A stretch of DNA of 12,706 bases. Source: an uncultured Phycisphaerales bacterium (GTDB lineage Bacteria; Planctomycetota; Phycisphaerae; Phycisphaerales; SM1A02). Where the stretch lies: NCBI GenBank assembly GCA_938084645.1, contig CALKEP010000060.1:1-12706 (forward strand), written 5' to 3'. The notes beneath the pieces were generated by a model that saw only the letters and a program-made list of their open reading frames with translations, made no database searches and had not been told where the DNA came from. Within the stretch, counting starts at the first letter, position 1; each line of letters starts with the position of its first letter. Made by a program: the position numbers and the translations under genes. This document shows, piece after piece, positions 8,272 to 12,706 of the stretch.

Positions 8272-9435
8272 ATGTCTTCAAAGAACATCACCACCAACGA
8301 GATCCACGACGACTTCGACGTGCGGTTCACGCATCGGCTGATGTTCGATCGAGACGTGCTGGCCGCGGACAATCCGACGATCGACGCGATCTTCACGGAC
8401 GGTTCGAACGACGACCCCCGTCCCGGAATGATCGTCGCGATCGATGACGGCCTCGCCGCGGCGAACCCGGGCATCGAGGACGCGATCCGAAGACGCTTCG
8501 ACCCGCATCATCTTCCCGAGATCCGCGAGATCCTCGAGATCCCGGGCGGCGAAGCGGCGAAGAACGATCCCGCCGTGACCGATCGGATGCTCGAAGCGAT
8601 CGAAAGACATCGAATCGATCGGCGTTCCTACGTCGCGGTGTTCGGTGGAGGTGCGGTCATCGACGCCGTCGGGTTCGCGAGCAGCACCGCCCACCGAGGG
8701 GTCCGTCTGATTCGGTTCCCCTCCACCGTGCTCGGCCAGCTCGACGCCGCGATCGGGGTGAAGAACGGCATCAATCGATTCGGCAAGAAGAACTTCGTCG
8801 GCGCCTTCGACGTTCCCGTCGCGGTGATCTGTGACGAAGGGTTCCTCGAGAGTCTCGACGACCGGCGATGGTGCGAGGGCTTCAGCGAAGCGGTGAAGAT
8901 CGCCTGCCTCCAGGATGCGGCGTTCTTCGACGAGATCGAGGAAGCGGCGGATCGAATCCGTGAACGAGATCCGGACGCCTCCCGCCCGATCATCCAGCGG
9001 TGCGCAGAGCTGCACCTTCGACACATCGCGAGCGGCGGCGACCCTTTCGAACGGCGGGAAGCCCGCCCCCTCGACTTCGGACACTGGTCGGCCCACCGAC
9101 TGGAGTCGATGAGCGACTTCGCCCGCTCCCACGGAGAGGCGGTCGCGATCGGCGTGTGCCTCGATGCGGCGTACTCGCACTTCGACGAGCGCCTCGATCG
9201 AGGATCGCTCGACCGGATTCTCGACACCACGACCCGCCTCGGCCTGCCGATCTTCGACTCGCTCCTCCGCGATCAGGGCCTGATCGACGGACTCGAGGAG
9301 TTCCGCGAGCACCTCGGAGGCCGGCTGACCGTGACGCTGCTCGAAGGCATCGGGCGTGGTGTGGATGTCCATGAAATGGACCTCGAACGCCTGCGTCGCT
9401 CGATCGCCCACCTCGAGTCGAACGCCCCGGCATGA
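8272..9435 (+). CDS. eboD: EboD-type 3-dehydroquinate-synthase-like sugar-phosphate cyclase, 387 aa
   Basis: DHQS-fold motifs PGGEAAKN, IDRRSYVAVFGGGAVIDAVGF, HRGVRLIRFPSTVLGQLDAAIGVKNGINRFGKKNFVGAF, EAVKIA and HGEAVAIG. It has the EboD-type segment GGDPFERREARPLDFGHWSAHRLE in place of the AroB-type LN(L/F)GHTxGHA, and sits next to eboB/E/C-like genes. ATG 8272 chosen because the ORF-track GTG at 8134 lies inside the terminator stem. Confidence 0.85.
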   Translation: MSSKNITTNEIHDDFDVRFTHRLMFDRDVLAADNPTIDAIFTDGSNDDPRPGMIVAIDDGLAAANPGIEDAIRRRFDPHHLPEIREILEIPGGEAAKNDPAVTDRMLEAIERHRIDRRSYVAVFGGGAVIDAVGFASSTAHRGVRLIRFPSTVLGQLDAAIGVKNGINRFGKKNFVGAFDVPVAVICDEGFLESLDDRRWCEGFSEAVKIACLQDAAFFDEIEEAADRIRERDPDASRPIIQRCAELHLRHIASGGDPFERREARPLDFGHWSAHRLESMSDFARSHGEAVAIGVCLDAAYSHFDERLDRGSLDRILDTTTRLGLPIFDSLLRDQGLIDGLEEFREHLGGRLTVTLLEGIGRGVDVHEMDLERLRRSIAHLESNAPA

Positions 9436-9845
9436 ATCTCCCCGGTGGTGGTGGCGAAACGATGTTCATGCCTCCCACCTTCCTCCCCATGCTGCTGGCC
9501 TGGATCACCATCTGGGTGGCCGCCGCAGGCGTGGCGCTGCTCAAGTCGGGCGTCAGCGAACAAGCCCGTGGCTTCTGGACGATGTCGCTCTTCTGGGTCG
9601 CCATCGACGCGGGCATCGCCGCGTGGAGCCTGTTCGCCCCGGTCGAGGATCTGGAAGCCTTCCGGCGATTGCTGTTGGTGAATTCGGGGCTCGACGTCGT
9701 CTACCTCGTGGTCGGCGTGGTCCTGGTGCTCCGAGCCACGCCGCTCGTCCGTGGATTCGGAGCGGCGATTCTCGTGCAGGGCGGGTTCCTGCTCGTCTTC
9801 GACGTCGCATGGTGGCTCGCCACCGCATCCTCGACCGGCGGTTGA
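9432..9845 (+). CDS. Small four-helix membrane protein of unknown function (resembles the DUF6992 family)
   Basis: ATGA overlap with the eboD stop. Four hydrophobic segments with motifs GFWTMSLFWVAID, LLVNSGLDVVY and RGFGAAILVQGGFLLVFD. The family label is recalled, not searched. Alternative ATGs at 9462 and 9468. Confidence 0.75.
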   Translation: MNLPGGGGETMFMPPTFLPMLLAWITIWVAAAGVALLKSGVSEQARGFWTMSLFWVAIDAGIAAWSLFAPVEDLEAFRRLLLVNSGLDVVYLVVGVVLVLRATPLVRGFGAAILVQGGFLLVFDVAWWLATASSTGG

Positions 9846-9857
9846 GCCGTTCGCGGC

Positions 9858-9863
9858 TAGACT
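9858..9863 (+). promoter_or_regulatory. Candidate internal leaderless -10 element (TAGACT)
   Basis: TAGACT-ctggcc-ATG(9870), in the only non-overlapping junction of the cluster (24-bp gap, 9846-9869). No SD. Confidence 0.55.
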
Positions 9864-9869
9864 CTGGCC

Positions 9870-10205
9870 ATGCCAAGCAGCCCCCCGCCACTCCCGTTGA
9901 ATCGGCGCGAAGTCGTCGATCGCTACTTTCTCGAACATCGCGCGAAGGTACTCGACGTCGCAGCGTTCCTCGATCGCGTCGATCGCGCGGTTCCCGGTGA
10001 CGAGGCCGCCGAGGACTTCCGATTGACCGGCCTTCGCGCCGCGATCGAACTGATGCTGGACGGAGAGCCGGGGCGAACCGGACGAATCCTCGCCCTGCTG
10101 AGCGACACCACGGACCAGCCCATCGACGTCGCCCCGGGGAAGGGCGCGTCCGGGGCCTGGGACGGCTTCCGTCCCGATGAGGCGAACGCGGGAGGACGAG
10201 ACTGA
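9870..10205 (+). CDS. Hypothetical 111-aa helical protein, translationally coupled to eboB
   Basis: Protein-like amphipathic sequence (REVVDRYFLEHRAKVLDVAAFLDRVDRA...DFRLTGLRAAIELM...RILALLSD...KGASGAW). It fills the gap, and its TGA overlaps the next ATG (TGATG at 10203-10207), with GGAGG upstream of that ATG. Confidence 0.8.
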   Translation: MPSSPPPLPLNRREVVDRYFLEHRAKVLDVAAFLDRVDRAVPGDEAAEDFRLTGLRAAIELMLDGEPGRTGRILALLSDTTDQPIDVAPGKGASGAWDGFRPDEANAGGRD

Positions 10206-11020
10206 TGTACATCGACCCCCACGTCCACATGGTGAGTCGCACCACCGACGACTACCAGCGCATGGCGCTCGCCGGCTGCGTCGCGATCACCGAACCCGCG
10301 TTCTGGGCGGGCTACGACCGCTCGAGCCCGAAGGGTTTCCATGACTACTTCTCGGTCCTCACGGACACCGAACCACAACGGGCCGCCCAGTACGGCATCG
10401 CCCACCACACCTGGCTGTGCATCAATCCGAAGGAGGCGGAGGATCCCGTCTTCGCTCGCGAGGTGATCGACATCATCCCCGAGTTCCTGAAGCGCGAGAA
10501 CGTCCTCGGAATCGGCGAAATCGGGCTGAACAAGAACAGCCGGAACGAGCTCGAGATTCTCGAAGCGCATCTCCAGCTCGCCGCGGATCACGATCAGATG
10601 GTCCTGGTCCACACCCCGCACCTCGAAGACAAGCGCAAGGGAACGCGTCTGATCATGGACGCGATCCGGAACCACGGCGCACTCGATCCCAACCGGGTGC
10701 TCATCGACCACGTCGAGGAACACACCGTCAAGGAGGTCCTCGACCGGGGCTTCTGGGCGGGCATGACCCTCTATCCCGACACCAAGTGCACTCCGCAGCG
10801 GGCCGCCGACATCTTCGAGATGCACGGCACGGACCGGCTCTGGATCAACTCCGCGGGCGACTGGGGTCCGAGCGACCCGCTGGCGGTCCCGAAGTGTCGT
10901 GACGAGATGCGACGCCGCGGACATCTCGAGGCGACGATTCGAAAGGTGTCCTTCGACAATCCGCTGGAGTTCCTGTCCCAGACCGGCCGTTTCAAGACCG
11001 AGGTCCAGCCGACTCGATGA
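10205..11020 (+). CDS. eboB: EboB-type TatD-family metallohydrolase, 271 aa
   Basis: Characteristic N-terminus IDPHVHMVSRTTDDY..MALAG...EPAFW, INPKEA, IGEIGL, VHTPH, LIDHVEE, GMTLYPDTK and NSAGDWGPSDPLAVPK. HxH, E, H and H metal-ligand candidates of the TatD fold are present. Confidence 0.88.
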   Translation: MYIDPHVHMVSRTTDDYQRMALAGCVAITEPAFWAGYDRSSPKGFHDYFSVLTDTEPQRAAQYGIAHHTWLCINPKEAEDPVFAREVIDIIPEFLKRENVLGIGEIGLNKNSRNELEILEAHLQLAADHDQMVLVHTPHLEDKRKGTRLIMDAIRNHGALDPNRVLIDHVEEHTVKEVLDRGFWAGMTLYPDTKCTPQRAADIFEMHGTDRLWINSAGDWGPSDPLAVPKCRDEMRRRGHLEATIRKVSFDNPLEFLSQTGRFKTEVQPTR

Positions 11021-12240
11021 CCGACTGGCTTCCGACCTACTGCACCAACGTGCACGCGGGCCGCGACCTCGCGGAGACCGAGGCGAACCTCGATCGTTTC
11101 GCCCCTCGGATCCGCGAACTGGTCGCCGGCGACGAGCACCCCGAAGGCCCGCTCGGGCTCGGACTCTGGCTCTCCGCCTCGGCCGCCCGGGAACTCCGCG
11201 CGTCGGGCGAGGCGACGGACTTTCGAGACCGACTCCTCGATCGCGGTCTTCGAATCGTGACCTTCAACGGGTTCCCCTTCGGTGACTTCCACGCCGACGT
11301 GGTGAAGCACGCGGTGTACGAACCGCACTGGGCGGATCCGCGGCGGCTCGCCTACACGCTCGACCTCGCCGAACTGCTCGTCGACCTCCTGCCCGACGAC
11401 GTCGCCGAGGCCTCGATCTCGACCCTGCCCATCGGGTGGCGCACCGCCTTCACCAACGAGGGATGCGGATGCTCGGTGGGCATGGCCGCGGCGCAGCTCG
11501 TCGAAGCCGCCAAGGCGCTTCGCGGGATCGAGGACCGCACCGGCACCTGCATCCATCTCGACCTTGAGCCCGAGCCCGGCTGCGTGCTCGACACCAGCCG
11601 CGACGTCGTCGACCTCTTCGAAACCGCGTTCCGCCCGTCGGACGACGTCGACCACCGTCGATACCTCCGGGTCTGCCACGACGTCTGCCACGCCGCGGTG
11701 ATGTTCGAGCCGCAGACCGCGGCACTCCGGAACTACCGCGAGCACGAGATCGAGGTCGGCAAGATCCAGGTCTCCTCCGCGATCGAGATCGACTTCGACG
11801 CCATCGACGACGAGGACGAACGGAACCGGACCCTGGCCGCCTACCGCGACTTCATCGAGCCTCGCTATCTCCATCAGACGACGGTCCGGTCCGGCGACGA
11901 GTCGTCGCGGGACGTGGAGTTCTTCGAAGACCTCGGAACCGCGATCTCGAATCGAGCCGAGGATCGGATCCCCGCTGGAATCTGGCGAACGCACTTTCAC
12001 GTGCCGATCTTCACGCAGGGCATGAACGGCTGGTCGAGCACGCGTCCCGAGATCGAACGGTGCCTTGCATCGTTCCCCAGCGACCGGCCGCTGCCCACCA
12101 TCGAGGTCGAGACCTACGCGTGGGACGTCCTCCCGAACTGCCTCTATGCCGGCGACGAGGGTCTGGCTTCCGGAATCGCCGAGGAATTGCGATGGCTTCA
12201 CGGAGTGATCCGATCCCTCGACGAGGGAACCGCTCGATGA
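11017..12240 (+). CDS. eboE: EboE, xylose-isomerase-like TIM-barrel 'metabolite traffic' protein, 407 aa
   Basis: EboE motifs TYCTNVHAG, GLGLWLS, TFNGFPFGDFH...VKHAVYEPHW, ISTLP, LEPEPGC, CHDVCHAAVMFE, GKIQVSSA, EPRYLHQT, WRTHFHVPIF and EVETYAW. ATGA overlap with eboB. Confidence 0.92.
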   Translation: MTDWLPTYCTNVHAGRDLAETEANLDRFAPRIRELVAGDEHPEGPLGLGLWLSASAARELRASGEATDFRDRLLDRGLRIVTFNGFPFGDFHADVVKHAVYEPHWADPRRLAYTLDLAELLVDLLPDDVAEASISTLPIGWRTAFTNEGCGCSVGMAAAQLVEAAKALRGIEDRTGTCIHLDLEPEPGCVLDTSRDVVDLFETAFRPSDDVDHRRYLRVCHDVCHAAVMFEPQTAALRNYREHEIEVGKIQVSSAIEIDFDAIDDEDERNRTLAAYRDFIEPRYLHQTTVRSGDESSRDVEFFEDLGTAISNRAEDRIPAGIWRTHFHVPIFTQGMNGWSSTRPEIERCLASFPSDRPLPTIEVETYAWDVLPNCLYAGDEGLASGIAEELRWLHGVIRSLDEGTAR

Positions 12241-12706
12241 GGGCCTGGCTCGAGGTTCTTCGCATCTCGAATCTGCCCACGGTATGGACGAACGTTCTCG
12301 TCGGCGTCGTGCTCTCGATCGCGATCGCTCGACCCTCGAATCCGAGTCTCGTCGCCGTGCTCATCGCCATCATCGCCGGCTCGTGTCTCTATCTCGCCGG
12401 CATGGTCTTCAACGACGTCTTCGACCTCGAGATCGATCGACGCGAGCGACCGGGACGACCGATTCCCTCGGGACGAATCGGTCGCGGCGCCGCAGCCGTC
12501 GTCGGAACCGTCCTGCTCGCGATCGGCATGGGGCTTCCTTGGATGCATGGCATCATCGCGGGGAGCGTGGCCACGGGCATCGGCGTGATGCTGCTCGCCT
12601 ACGACGCGCTCCACGCCCGCACGGCGTGGAGCGTCCTCCTGATGGGCGGCTGTCGGGCGGGCCTCTACATCCTCGGCATGGCGTGCCTCAACGATCCCGG
12701 CGGCGC
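12237..12706 (+). CDS. eboC: EboC-like UbiA-family prenyltransferase, 5' part; runs off the right edge
   Basis: Hand translation from the ATGA overlap at 12237: MRAWLEVLRISNLPTVWTNVLVG...CLYLAGMVFNDVFDLEIDRRERPGRPIPSGRI...LLAYDALHARTAWSVLLMGGCRAGLY. It contains the UbiA first Asp-rich motif NDxxDxxxD followed by RPxRPIPSG. Missing from the ORF track. The UbiA family call is firm; the eboC label rests on gene context. Confidence 0.88.
   Translation, partial: MRAWLEVLRISNLPTVWTNVLVGVVLSIAIARPSNPSLVAVLIAIIAGSCLYLAGMVFNDVFDLEIDRRERPGRPIPSGRIGRGAAAVVGTVLLAIGMGLPWMHGIIAGSVATGIGVMLLAYDALHARTAWSVLLMGGCRAGLYILGMACLNDPGG

Noticed and set aside
10205..11020. TatD as a housekeeping DNase or anti-phage defence nuclease
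   Set aside because: The SRTTDDY and EPAFW signatures and the coupling to eboE point to the EboB subfamily. There is no defence-island context.
8278..12201. Minus-strand ORFs of 377, 333 and 476 aa opposite the ebo genes
   Set aside because: Antisense shadows of eboD, eboB and eboE, which carry clear family motifs and coupled junctions.
1..12706. Mobile elements, CRISPR arrays, rRNA/tRNA or a horizontally acquired island
   Set aside because: No transposase or integrase motifs, no regularly spaced repeats and no visible compositional shift. The ebo genes share the codon style of the housekeeping genes.

Overview
A GC-rich, gene-dense bacterial chromosomal segment; gene content and style suggest Planctomycetota, but that is inference. 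From left to right: (1) a divergent, edge-truncated membrane protein gene on the minus strand that the ORF track missed; (2) single-chain glycine decarboxylase gcvP, with a likely start at 962 rather than 446; (3) a convergent Mg2+ transporter mgtE; (4) a divergent TrmH/SpoU RNA methyltransferase; (5) an HtrA/DegP-type serine protease followed by three hairpins ending in an intrinsic terminator; (6) an ebo-like gene cluster. The cluster contains an EboD-type sugar-phosphate cyclase, a small 4-TM protein, a 111-aa unknown protein, an EboB TatD-like hydrolase, an EboE TIM-barrel protein and an EboC-like UbiA prenyltransferase that runs off the right edge and is also missing from the ORF track. 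The most interesting element is this rearranged ebo variant: it has two extra translationally coupled genes and no visible eboA. Three genes share a -10-N6-ATG leaderless promoter signature, one of them inside the ebo cluster. No mobile element, CRISPR array, tRNA or rRNA was seen.
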